From positions 6,975-70,974 of the forward strand of contig SVSN01000006.1 of NCBI GenBank assembly GCA_015064285.1: a stretch of 64,000 nucleotides of DNA, given 5' to 3'. The notes beneath the pieces are model-generated. The model saw nothing but the letters and a program-made list of their open reading frames with translations. It was not told the DNA's origin and did not search any database. This DNA is from Oscillospiraceae bacterium. Its GTDB lineage: Bacteria > Bacillota > Clostridia > Oscillospirales > CAG-272. Below are positions 18,324 to 27,421 of this stretch, piece after piece; position 1 is the stretch's first letter, and each line of letters begins with the position of its first letter. A program made the translations under genes and the position numbers.

Positions 18324-20723
18324 ATGCTTCCGTTAGACAATTTATCAGAAGCGGCTGTCCGCGCACTTATTGACAGCGGCCGCTCACCGGAGAGTTTGTC
18401 GGTTGCACTGCAGATGGACCTGGATTTTGACGGCAATTTCGGGGAAAGCTGGCTTATTTACGACCCCGAAAAGAAATCTCTCATCCGGCTGCTCGCAGAC
18501 CCCGACTCCATCCCCAAGGTCTCCCAGACCATGAAGAGTCATGCCCATGACAACTTTGAGAACTTCGGCAAGACCCCGCCGGCACAGTATGTGAAATATC
18601 TCGATGAATTTCCCTTCGATATATTTTCCGACATGATTATTGACACCTTCATGTCCTCCAACCGGCTGCTGATGCTGAAGCACGATGCACCGAAACCGGA
18701 CACGGAAGGCCTGTCTCGCGAAGAAGCGGACAAAGCCATGGACGAATGGAACAAGGGTGCCGTCACCGAAATTGTCGGTTACTGTACCAACTCCAAGAGA
18801 CAGAGACTGTTCGCATTCCGGGATATCGTGGAACGGATCTACAGAGGCGACAACATCACGGAAGAAGACCAGATCTTCGATCAGTTCAATGCCAAATGCC
18901 CCAAGTGCGGCAAGCGGTATGAGAATCAGTACCGGAAGATCTGTACCGCCTGCTCCAAAAAGGGCGACCTGATCACCCGTCTGCTGGGCTTCCTGAAACC
19001 CTTCAAGCTGCAGGTATTCACCGTCATCTGCTGTATGATTGCCTCCTCCGGTATCTCCCTGATCAGCCCGATTATCAACGGTCAGATTCTTTACGACCGG
19101 GTTATCGACTCCGACGGCGACTGGCATACACTGGAAAAACTGTTCATTGTGCTGTCCGTTATCGTGGGACTGGCGCTGCTCTCTCTGGGCGTCGGCATTC
19201 TCCAGAACCGGGCCAACGCAAGACTGTCTACCCGTATGACCAAGAATATGAAGCAGAAGGTATTCGACTGTATGCTTCATCTGTCCCTGCGCTACTTCAA
19301 TGACAACCCTACCGGCCGTCTGATCAGCCGTGTAAACTATGACGCCGAAAGAATCCAGGCCTTCTATATCGACGGGCTGCCCCATTTCATCGTCAATACC
19401 GTCAATCTGATCGGCCTTACCATTTTCCTGTTCTCCCTGAACTGGAAGCTGACCCTGATGGTGTTCGTGCCTGTGCCGATTATCATCATCATTTTCCGGG
19501 TTATGCTGCCCAAGCTGTGGAGAATGTACTCCAAGCAGTGGCGTGCTTCTTCTTCCCTGAACTCCATGCTGGGCGACTCCCTGAACGGTGTCCGCGTGGT
19601 TAAGGCGTTCGCCAAGGAAGCGGAAGAAACCAACCGGTTCTACGGTTACTCCGAAAGACTGTACAACGCCAACCTGAAGGTAAACATCACCACCCTGACC
19701 ATCTTCCCCCTTGTCAGCCTGCTGATGGGTATGTCCTCCCAGATGATCTGGGGCTTCGGCGGTCTGTCCGTTATGGGTATGGAAATGTCCTACGGTGATT
19801 TCACCACATACCTTGGCTACATAGGCATGATCTTCGGGCCTCTGCAGTTCTACTCCACCTTCACCAACCAGATCACCGATGTTATGAACGCCGCACAGCG
19901 TATGTTCGAGATTCTGGACATGGTTCCCGAAATCATGGACGACAAGGAAGCCGTGGATATCCCCGAATTCAAGGGCGATATCCAGTTCCAGAACGTCAAC
20001 TTCCACTATAACCCCAACCGTCCCATTCTGAAGGACGTGAACATCAAGGTCAATGCCGGTGACAACATCGGACTGGTGGGTCACACCGGTTCCGGTAAGA
20101 GTACCATCGCCAATCTGATCACCCGTATGTACGATACCATCTCCGGTACCATCACCATTGACGGCATCGACATCCGGAAGATCAAGCTGTCCTGCCTGCG
20201 GAAGAATATCGCCATCGTGTCTCAGGAAATCTTCCTGTTCCGCGGCACCATCGCCGACAACATCCGCTATGCCCGTCCGGATGCCACCATGGAAGAAGTC
20301 ATTGCTGCGGCCAGAGCGGCCAATGCCCATGACTTCATCGTACGGATGCCCGAAGGCTACGAAACCGAAGTCGGTACCGGTTCCAGATCCCTGTCCGGCG
20401 GGGAACGGCAGCGTGTCTCCATTGCGAGAGCTCTGCTGATGTCTCCCTCCATCCTGATTCTGGACGAAGCCACCGCCGCCATGGATACCGAAACAGAACG
20501 TCTCATCAGTGACGCTCTTGCCAAGCTGATCAAGGGACGCACCTGTATTTCCATTGCGCACCGTCTGTCCACCCTGAAGGACTGCAACTATCTGTTCGCC
20601 ATCGAAAACGGGGAAATTGCCGAAGAAGGTTCTCCCGAACAGCTGATGGAAAAGAAGGGTGTATACTACAAGCTGTATATGCTCCAGTCCGAAGCTATGA
20701 AGAAGGTTCTCTCCGGTATGTAA
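18324..20723 (+). CDS. ABC transporter permease/ATP-binding protein (type I exporter half) with ~215-aa N-terminal extension ending in a zinc ribbon
   Basis: Walker A GHTGSGKSTI, signature LSGGERQRV, Walker B ILILDEAT. A six-TM core follows CPKCGKRYENQYRKICTAC. Confidence 0.9.
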   Translation: MLPLDNLSEAAVRALIDSGRSPESLSVALQMDLDFDGNFGESWLIYDPEKKSLIRLLADPDSIPKVSQTMKSHAHDNFENFGKTPPAQYVKYLDEFPFDIFSDMIIDTFMSSNRLLMLKHDAPKPDTEGLSREEADKAMDEWNKGAVTEIVGYCTNSKRQRLFAFRDIVERIYRGDNITEEDQIFDQFNAKCPKCGKRYENQYRKICTACSKKGDLITRLLGFLKPFKLQVFTVICCMIASSGISLISPIINGQILYDRVIDSDGDWHTLEKLFIVLSVIVGLALLSLGVGILQNRANARLSTRMTKNMKQKVFDCMLHLSLRYFNDNPTGRLISRVNYDAERIQAFYIDGLPHFIVNTVNLIGLTIFLFSLNWKLTLMVFVPVPIIIIIFRVMLPKLWRMYSKQWRASSSLNSMLGDSLNGVRVVKAFAKEAEETNRFYGYSERLYNANLKVNITTLTIFPLVSLLMGMSSQMIWGFGGLSVMGMEMSYGDFTTYLGYIGMIFGPLQFYSTFTNQITDVMNAAQRMFEILDMVPEIMDDKEAVDIPEFKGDIQFQNVNFHYNPNRPILKDVNIKVNAGDNIGLVGHTGSGKSTIANLITRMYDTISGTITIDGIDIRKIKLSCLRKNIAIVSQEIFLFRGTIADNIRYARPDATMEEVIAAARAANAHDFIVRMPEGYETEVGTGSRSLSGGERQRVSIARALLMSPSILILDEATAAMDTETERLISDALAKLIKGRTCISIAHRLSTLKDCNYLFAIENGEIAEEGSPEQLMEKKGVYYKLYMLQSEAMKKVLSGM

Positions 20724-20787
20724 GCCGGGATCGCCCACCGTTTTTCCACGACTTCCGGCATTACACGCCGTATGACGAGGTAATAAT

Positions 20788-21483
20788 ATGAGTACTGAAG
20801 AAAAGACCGCTGTTTCCAAGGTAGAGGAAACCAAGGATAAAAAGGCCGAAAACAAGGCTGAAAACAAAAAAGAAGAACTGAAGAAGACCGACAAGGCTGC
20901 TGAAGTTGCCGAAGATGAGGAAGAGGATGAGGACGAAGTCAATCCGGATGAGCTGTTCAAGCACCGGGAATCCATCAATCTGACTCCCGAAAACGCATGG
21001 TTCTCCGCTTCCGTCGGCGGACTGATCTCCCTGAAGATCAAAAATGCCGAAGGCGAAACGGAAGAATTTGAACGTGTGGTCATCCGCCGTTCCTTCCCCG
21101 TTACCGCTCCCAACGAATTCCTGTCCGTCCGTGAACCCGACTCCCGCAAAAAAGGCAGAGGTTCCGAAATCGGCATGATCCGGGATCTGGCCATCTTCGA
21201 TAAGGACACCGTAGCCCTGATCAACGCTGAACTGGATCTGCGGTACTTCACCCCTGAAATCAAGAAGATCACCGCCGCCAAGGAAAAATTCGGCTACTGC
21301 TACTGGGAAGCCGATACCAGCGCCGGTCACGTTTCCTTCGTTCTGAACAACCCCTTCTCCAACATCCGCAAGCTGGAAGACGGCCGTATCATGATCGCTG
21401 ACATGGACGGTAACTGCTTCCTGATTCCCGACCCCGAAGCCCTGGACCGCCAGAGCTACAAGGTTATCGAAATTTACATCTAA
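20788..21483 (+). CDS. DUF1854 domain-containing protein with acidic/lysine-rich N-terminal tail
   Basis: The C-terminal 170 aa match my recollection of DUF1854 (RRSFPVT..., EIGMIRDL, LRYFTPEI, GNCFLIPDPEALD). It sits between two ABC genes, as is typical for the family. Confidence 0.75.
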   Translation: MSTEEKTAVSKVEETKDKKAENKAENKKEELKKTDKAAEVAEDEEEDEDEVNPDELFKHRESINLTPENAWFSASVGGLISLKIKNAEGETEEFERVVIRRSFPVTAPNEFLSVREPDSRKKGRGSEIGMIRDLAIFDKDTVALINAELDLRYFTPEIKKITAAKEKFGYCYWEADTSAGHVSFVLNNPFSNIRKLEDGRIMIADMDGNCFLIPDPEALDRQSYKVIEIYI

Positions 21484-21531
21484 GTTTAACGTCGTCCCCT
21501 GGATCTGTTATCCAAACGGAGGTAAAAATCC

Positions 21532-23799
21532 ATGAAACTCATGTACGATCTGCCACAGGCGGACAAAGCTGCGTATGATGCCGCTGCCGCCGGTGAAAAG
21601 ATGATGTACTGCGTTCCCTTCAATATGCATGAGGATCGCTTTGTGGCAGGCTGGACGGTCGTTACAGATCAGCATATTTACTGTATTCTGGACGGAAAGA
21701 TTCTGTCCGCCACCGACCTGTCCCGCTGTACCGTATTCTCCACGGAAGTGCTGTACGGCAACTGCGCCTTCTACGCCTGTATCGACGGCATCACCACCCT
21801 GGTCTGCCGTTTCCTTTCCGGCCGTAACCTGTCCCGGTACTCGGTACTGGTGAACGCCTGTGAGTCCCTGGCTGAAAAGCTGCGCAATAAAGAAGATCCC
21901 GGCGAACCGGTGGTCAACAACGAGCGCGAACGGTTCTGTCCCAAGTGCGGACGTCCCTTTGTTGCCGGTACCACCGTCTGCCCCTTCTGCCGTGACGCCA
22001 AGGAAGTTTACAAAAAGCTCTGGGGCCTGACCAAAGGTCTCCGGCTGATGCTGTTCTTCCCCCTGTTCGTATCCTTCATTACACTGGCCATCCAGTTCAT
22101 TCTGCCGGCCATCCAGAAGGTAGCCGTAAACGATTATCTGACCAACAAGTCTATCTACAGAGAAGGCATTTCTCTTGCCGACCCCAATCTGCAGGCATTC
22201 CTGCTGATTTTCCTGGCCATTGTATCCATCGATCTGTTCCAGCGTGCTATCGGCGTTATCCAGAGCCGTCTGTCTGCCATCTCCGGTAACAAGTTTACCA
22301 TGATGATGCGGACGCTGCTGTACGAAAAGATCCAGATGCTGTCCATTGCCTCCATCTCCAAGAAATCCACCGGTGACCTGATGGGTCGTATTACCGGGGA
22401 CGTAGGCGTAGTGCAGGGCTTTATGACCGGGCAGCTGCCCTCCCTGTTCTCCATGGCCGCATCCTTCGTGCTGGCACTGGTATTCCTGCTGATTCTGGAC
22501 CCCGTCATGAGTATGTTTGTATTCGTGCCGATTCCGTTCGTTGTATACCTGGTGTCCCGTTTCTGGAGCACTATGCAGAGACGGAACCGGAAGGGCTGGG
22601 TGCTGGGCTACCATGTAAACCTGTTCTTACAGGATATCCTGAACGGGATCCGCGTTGTCAAGACTTTCGGTAACGAAGAAAGAGAAATCGGCAAGTTCGT
22701 TACCCGCACCGACCGCGCCGCCCGCCAGAACGAATCCAACGCCAAGCTGTATGACACCATCTTCCCGCTGCTGAGCTTTGTAGTCCGTTTCGGTTCCTAC
22801 CTGATCCTGTTCTACGGGAACTACAAGCTGTTCACAGGCGCCATGAACTACGGTGATCTGCACCAGTTCAACTCCTACGCCAACATCATCTACGGTCCTC
22901 TGATCACCATTACCTTTATCCCCCGTCAGGTTTCCGCATTCCTGACCTCTCTGGGTAAGGTTCTGGAAATCCTGGAAGAAGAACCGGAAGTTGCCGATAT
23001 CGGCCTGCCTATCGATATTGCCATCGAAGGCGACGTATCCATCAAGAATGTAACCTTCGGTTATGACTCCTATAACCCCGTGCTCCAGAACATCAATCTG
23101 GAAGTCAAGAAGGGGGAAATGATCGGTATCGTAGGCCACTCCGGCTGCGGTAAGACCACGCTGATCAACCTGCTGATGCGTCTGTACGACGTAAATGAAG
23201 GGGAAATCTGCATTGATGACGTAAACATCAAGGATATCTCCCAGAACGCACTCCGTTCCCAGATCGGTGTCGTACTGCAGGAAACCCACCTGTTCTCCGG
23301 TTCCATCCGGGACAACATCAAGTACGCCAAGCCTCTGGCTTCCGATGAAGAAGTGGTTGCCGCCGCCAAGATGGCCAACGCCCACGACTTTATCGTAAAC
23401 CTGCCGGAAGGCTATAACACCATGGTCGGGGAAAAGGGTTACTCCCTGTCCGGCGGGGAACGGCAGCGTGTGGCCATCGCCCGTGCGCTGATTCACAACC
23501 CGCGGATCCTGATTCTGGACGAAGCCACCGCCGCTCTGGACACCGAAACCGAAAAGCTGATCCAGGATGCGCTGAACAAGCTGTCCCAGAACCGTACCAC
23601 CTTCGCCATCGCCCATCGTCTGTCCACCCTGCGCAACGCCGACCGGCTGATCGTACTGGACAAGGGCCAGATGGTAGAATGCGGCACACACCAGGAACTG
23701 CTGGATCTGAAGGGATTCTACTGGAAACTGGTTATGGCACAGCGTCAGGGTTCCGGCTTCCAGAAAAAGAAGGAACCTGCCAAGGCTGCCGCCAAATAA
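21532..23799 (+). CDS. ABC transporter permease/ATP-binding protein (type I exporter half) with ~170-aa N-terminal extension ending in a zinc ribbon
   Basis: GHSGCGKTTL, LSGGERQRV, ILILDEAT. CPKCGRPFVAGTTVCPFC lies just before TM1. GGAGG is 9 nt upstream. Confidence 0.9.
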   Translation: MKLMYDLPQADKAAYDAAAAGEKMMYCVPFNMHEDRFVAGWTVVTDQHIYCILDGKILSATDLSRCTVFSTEVLYGNCAFYACIDGITTLVCRFLSGRNLSRYSVLVNACESLAEKLRNKEDPGEPVVNNERERFCPKCGRPFVAGTTVCPFCRDAKEVYKKLWGLTKGLRLMLFFPLFVSFITLAIQFILPAIQKVAVNDYLTNKSIYREGISLADPNLQAFLLIFLAIVSIDLFQRAIGVIQSRLSAISGNKFTMMMRTLLYEKIQMLSIASISKKSTGDLMGRITGDVGVVQGFMTGQLPSLFSMAASFVLALVFLLILDPVMSMFVFVPIPFVVYLVSRFWSTMQRRNRKGWVLGYHVNLFLQDILNGIRVVKTFGNEEREIGKFVTRTDRAARQNESNAKLYDTIFPLLSFVVRFGSYLILFYGNYKLFTGAMNYGDLHQFNSYANIIYGPLITITFIPRQVSAFLTSLGKVLEILEEEPEVADIGLPIDIAIEGDVSIKNVTFGYDSYNPVLQNINLEVKKGEMIGIVGHSGCGKTTLINLLMRLYDVNEGEICIDDVNIKDISQNALRSQIGVVLQETHLFSGSIRDNIKYAKPLASDEEVVAAAKMANAHDFIVNLPEGYNTMVGEKGYSLSGGERQRVAIARALIHNPRILILDEATAALDTETEKLIQDALNKLSQNRTTFAIAHRLSTLRNADRLIVLDKGQMVECGTHQELLDLKGFYWKLVMAQRQGSGFQKKKEPAKAAAK

Positions 23800-23812
23800 G
23801 ACTTTATCACTG

Positions 23813-23845
23813 TACCACCCGGGGGAAACTTCGGGTGGTATTTTA
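23813..23845 (+). terminator. intrinsic terminator after the ABC cluster
   Basis: TACCACCCG-ggggaaactt-CGGGTGGTA (9 bp) followed by TTTTA. Confidence 0.7.
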
Positions 23846-23862
23846 GTCGGAAAGGAGTTGTT

Positions 23863-24354
23863 ATGAGTAATATGTTCTGTTTCGCCGCAGACTGTGTACT
23901 CGGTGAGGAAAGCTGGTCAAATCCTGATGGATCCAATGAACAGTATGCCATCTGGCCCACTAATCCCCTTGACTGGTACGATATCCGGACAGAACTGCCT
24001 TATATGGCTGAAATCTGCTTGAATGACTGCACGGAACCCATTGGGAAAGAATTGATCCGCTATATCCGGCTGCATCTGGAACACACGGAAGAAATGGAGT
24101 TGTGGCGTCTGTGGATGGGTGAGGAAGAATATAAAATCCGCTGGTATGTGATCTCCATAGACGAACTAACGCCCAAAGATCTGCAGATACTGTATTCGAT
24201 GCCGGATTTATACAGCATGAATACACACGATCCGGACGGTGTTACCCTGCCCTCCGAAAGACCCGTACAGCATTGTCTGATCATTACCCGTGAGCCCTGT
24301 CAGTGGGATGGTCACGGAGTAAAAAACTGGCGTGATTTATATCCTTCCACGTAA
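23863..24354 (+). CDS. hypothetical protein (163 aa)
   Basis: AGGAG lies 6 nt before the ATG. Codon usage is GC3-rich. No recognised domain. Confidence 0.65.
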   Translation: MSNMFCFAADCVLGEESWSNPDGSNEQYAIWPTNPLDWYDIRTELPYMAEICLNDCTEPIGKELIRYIRLHLEHTEEMELWRLWMGEEEYKIRWYVISIDELTPKDLQILYSMPDLYSMNTHDPDGVTLPSERPVQHCLIITREPCQWDGHGVKNWRDLYPST

Positions 24355-24390
24355 ACAAGGAAGCTCAGAATACCACAAAGGAGGTACACC

Positions 24391-24924
24391 ATGCCCGAAT
24401 ACTGGGATATCTGTGACGAAAACGGCATTCCCACCGGCCGTATCCACCAAAAAGGTACACCCATGAATCCCGGCGAATACCATATGGCTGTCACAGTGTG
24501 GATCCTGAACCGGAAAGGTGAGTTTCTTCTGTCCCGCCGGGTTCCTACCGCCAGACACAATGCCGGTTTCTGGGAACCCACCTGCGGCAGTGCTCTTGCC
24601 GGAGAAGACAGCCTCGCCGCCGCCTGCAGAGAAGTCCGGGAAGAACTGGGTCTGACACTGGATCCGTCTGCCGGTACTATGTTTGACCGCTACAACTGGC
24701 CACATCTGAACGGAAGCGGTATGGTTCACTTCTGCGTATGGGTTTTCCGCGGGGAATTCCCGCTGGACGAGGTGATTCTGCAGCCTGCGGAAACCTGCGA
24801 TGCCCGCTGGGCGGACGAGGATACCATCCGTTCCCTGATCCGGGAAGGAGTATTCGTACCCTACAGCTATCTGGACAAGCTGTTTGCCTTCTGCCGCAAT
24901 CTGCCAGGAGGATTGCCGGACTGA
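24391..24924 (+). CDS. NUDIX hydrolase
   Basis: Nudix box GSALAGEDSLAAACREVREELGL (GX5EX7REUXEEXGU). Confidence 0.85.
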   Translation: MPEYWDICDENGIPTGRIHQKGTPMNPGEYHMAVTVWILNRKGEFLLSRRVPTARHNAGFWEPTCGSALAGEDSLAAACREVREELGLTLDPSAGTMFDRYNWPHLNGSGMVHFCVWVFRGEFPLDEVILQPAETCDARWADEDTIRSLIREGVFVPYSYLDKLFAFCRNLPGGLPD

Positions 24925-24985
24925 AAAAAGATCCTGTGGGAAACTCTGCTTTTTACCAAAGTTTCCATAGGAGAAAGGATAATTT

Positions 24986-25738
24986 ATGACCACCAAAGAT
25001 ATCCGCCGCATCGCTCTGGAACAGTCTGCCATTGACGCCGGCTGCCGCCCGGAAGATTTTACTGCCGGCGAAATCCGCACCTGTATTTCCCGCCCCCATC
25101 CGGATGCCCGGAAATACCTGAAGCTGCCCCTGTTCTGCGATTTTGTCAGTTACGGTACCGGTATTGTGATCTCTGCCTGTACAGAAAAAATCGCCGCACT
25201 GGGACAGCAGTATGTGGAGGAGCATCCCTATCCGAACACTTTTGAAACCCCTTCTCTCCACCGGCTGACGGAACTGTTTGCCCCCTGGAACGCAAAGCCC
25301 TATTACATGGCGGAGTATTTCCTCCCCGACCCTGACCGGATTCCGGATCTGCCCTGCCCCTATCCCACCAAACTGCTGACGCCTGTGGATTTTACGGACC
25401 TGTACCGTCCGGAATGGAGCAACGCACTGGTGGAAAAGCGGAAAGAACTGGACAGACTGGGTGTGGGCGCCTATGACGGAGACACCCTGATCGGATTTGC
25501 TGCCTGCAGCGCGGACTGTGATACCATGTGGCAGATCGGCATTGATGTTCTCCCAGCCTACCGCCGTATGGGTATAGCGGAAGCCCTGACCAGCCGTCTG
25601 GCAAAGGAGATTCTGGCACTGGGCAAGGTACCCTTCTACTGTGCCGCCTGGAGCAATATCGGCTCCGTCCGCAACGCCATTGCCTGCGGTTTCCGTCCTG
25701 CCTGGGTACATCTGACCTGCCTGCGAAGCCGCAACTGA
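24986..25738 (+). CDS. GNAT family N-acetyltransferase
   Basis: The C-terminal half carries VLPAYRRMGIAEALTSRL, an acetyl-CoA binding loop. Confidence 0.75.
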   Translation: MTTKDIRRIALEQSAIDAGCRPEDFTAGEIRTCISRPHPDARKYLKLPLFCDFVSYGTGIVISACTEKIAALGQQYVEEHPYPNTFETPSLHRLTELFAPWNAKPYYMAEYFLPDPDRIPDLPCPYPTKLLTPVDFTDLYRPEWSNALVEKRKELDRLGVGAYDGDTLIGFAACSADCDTMWQIGIDVLPAYRRMGIAEALTSRLAKEILALGKVPFYCAAWSNIGSVRNAIACGFRPAWVHLTCLRSRN

Positions 25739-25746
25739 ACATACAG

Positions 25747-25777
25747 AAAACCGACACCTGTGAAGATGCCGGTTTTT
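25747..25777. terminator. bidirectional terminator between convergent genes
   Basis: AAAACCGACA-cctgtgaaga-TGCCGGTTTTT (one mismatch) with flanking A/T runs. Confidence 0.55.
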
Positions 25778-25783
25778 GTTTAT

Positions 25784-27421
25784 TTATTCCATATATATCG
25801 TATCCAGATACGCCAGCCGATCCCGGAACCAGTCGTACAGGAACTGCACATGTTCGTCATAGCTCATGCCCGGATCCATCTGATAGGGGATGTACCGCTG
25901 GTATATATCCCAGACCTCATAGTTCCGCCGGAAGGACGCACCGAACTGTTCCTGCAGCCGTCCGATCAGAGAGGTACCAAGCTCGTTGTCCGCGTAGACA
26001 TTTTCCAGCAGCGGACGCATTTCTCTGTACCGTTTTGCTACCGCTTCCGCGAAATCCTCGTGTTCAAACAGTGCCTTGAACCAGTTTTCCCGGTTCCACA
26101 GCCCCCTTGAACTGTCTCCGGAATCATCGCCCCGTCCTTTGATATTCAGATAAATCCGGTATCCTTCCTCGTCCACATGGGGACACACATTCCCGGAAGA
26201 CAGGTCAAAGTCCCATACCGGCCCGGCATACAACTTGTCGTCCTTGATGAAATACCGGGTGGAGAAAGCGTTGCTGTCCAGATTTTTCGTATATTCCAAA
26301 GTCAGATATACATTGACAAAGGAATCCACATCAATATAGTCCCGGTACCGGTCAGAATCTTCTTTCAGAGCCTCTTCCATTTCTTCTATGAAGGTGTGCA
26401 GATATCTCTTCTGGGTACTGGAAATTTTTTCCGGACGATCCACTTTGAAGCGGACACCCAGTTTCTCTGTGCGGATGTAGTAACTGCCGTCGTCCCGGTT
26501 GCTGTCGGCTTCCAGAATCATTTCGTTGGCATCCGTATCCACATCCACCCGGTTCTCCGCATCGGATATGGCTTCCACCAGTTCATAGTTGCCGAGATAT
26601 GTCCCATTCAGGTATACCTCCACAAAGGTTCCCTGGGGCGTATAGGGACAGCCCAGCGCTTCCGCCAGTGTAAACCCGATCCGTCCCCGGATCAGAGAAT
26701 AGTCTCCCATGTTGGCCAGCAGACACCAGCGCTTGCCGGCATCCATACCGTACAGAGATTCATTGTATGGCAGTTTGAAGGAATACGGGAACTTGGGGCC
26801 GCCGGCAGTGGAATTGCCGCGTACCCGGATTTCACAGCCCCGGAAGGTCATCTCTTCCCCTTCTTCTCCCTCCGCAGGTACAAACCCCATAATGCAGGGC
26901 GAATAGCTATGCCCGATTTTACTGCTCACAGAGGATATGTATACTCTGGCCGTATCTCCCCGCTGCAGAGACAGATTGGATGCTCTCTCCAGAATCTGTG
27001 GATACAGAGCCTCGTACTGTGCCTGGGGCGTATTGTCATCGTACAGCATTTCCCGGATCTCCGCCTGATACGCACGGTACTCCTCCATGGCATCGCTGTC
27101 GTAACTCTTGATATGGTGAAGCAGATCCAGCGCATTCAGACAGGCCTGTTTTGCCGCAAACCGATCCTTGAACCGCCAGGAGGGATCTGCAGTTTCTTCT
27201 GCCGTATCAGTTTCCGGCAGGTTCTCCTCCGCCCGGCATCCCGAAAGGCTGACCACCATGACCAGCGCCATCAGGACGACCATGAGGCGGCATACCCGGG
27301 TCGTGATGGTACGGGTGCGGCGGGCGGTCTTCGTGAGGAGCGGTATGCGCACCTTCTCTTTCATGTCCTTCGCCCAATCGTCTTTCATAGGGTTCTGTTC
27401 CGTTGTTTCCCGTAAATTCAT
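25784..27421 (-). CDS. CotH kinase-like family protein, membrane/lipid anchored
   Basis: GGAGG lies 6 nt before ATG 27421. It has a TM/lipobox VVSLSGC and a CotH-like core (FVEVYLNGTYLGNYELVE, YAGPVWDFDLS). Confidence 0.8.
   Translation of the reverse strand: MNLRETTEQNPMKDDWAKDMKEKVRIPLLTKTARRTRTITTRVCRLMVVLMALVMVVSLSGCRAEENLPETDTAEETADPSWRFKDRFAAKQACLNALDLLHHIKSYDSDAMEEYRAYQAEIREMLYDDNTPQAQYEALYPQILERASNLSLQRGDTARVYISSVSSKIGHSYSPCIMGFVPAEGEEGEEMTFRGCEIRVRGNSTAGGPKFPYSFKLPYNESLYGMDAGKRWCLLANMGDYSLIRGRIGFTLAEALGCPYTPQGTFVEVYLNGTYLGNYELVEAISDAENRVDVDTDANEMILEADSNRDDGSYYIRTEKLGVRFKVDRPEKISSTQKRYLHTFIEEMEEALKEDSDRYRDYIDVDSFVNVYLTLEYTKNLDSNAFSTRYFIKDDKLYAGPVWDFDLSSGNVCPHVDEEGYRIYLNIKGRGDDSGDSSRGLWNRENWFKALFEHEDFAEAVAKRYREMRPLLENVYADNELGTSLIGRLQEQFGASFRRNYEVWDIYQRYIPYQMDPGMSYDEHVQFLYDWFRDRLAYLDTIYME

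Noticed and set aside
18384-21281. 965-aa ORF on the minus strand spanning ABC1 and the DUF1854 gene.
   Set aside because: It is antisense to two genes with clear ABC and DUF1854 motifs. Its translation is low-complexity (G/V/D/H-rich) with no motifs and no SD. Long shadow ORFs of this kind are expected opposite GC3-rich genes. The same reasoning applies to 347-1747, 7859-9355, 29531-31183, 50488-52797 and 58035-59675.
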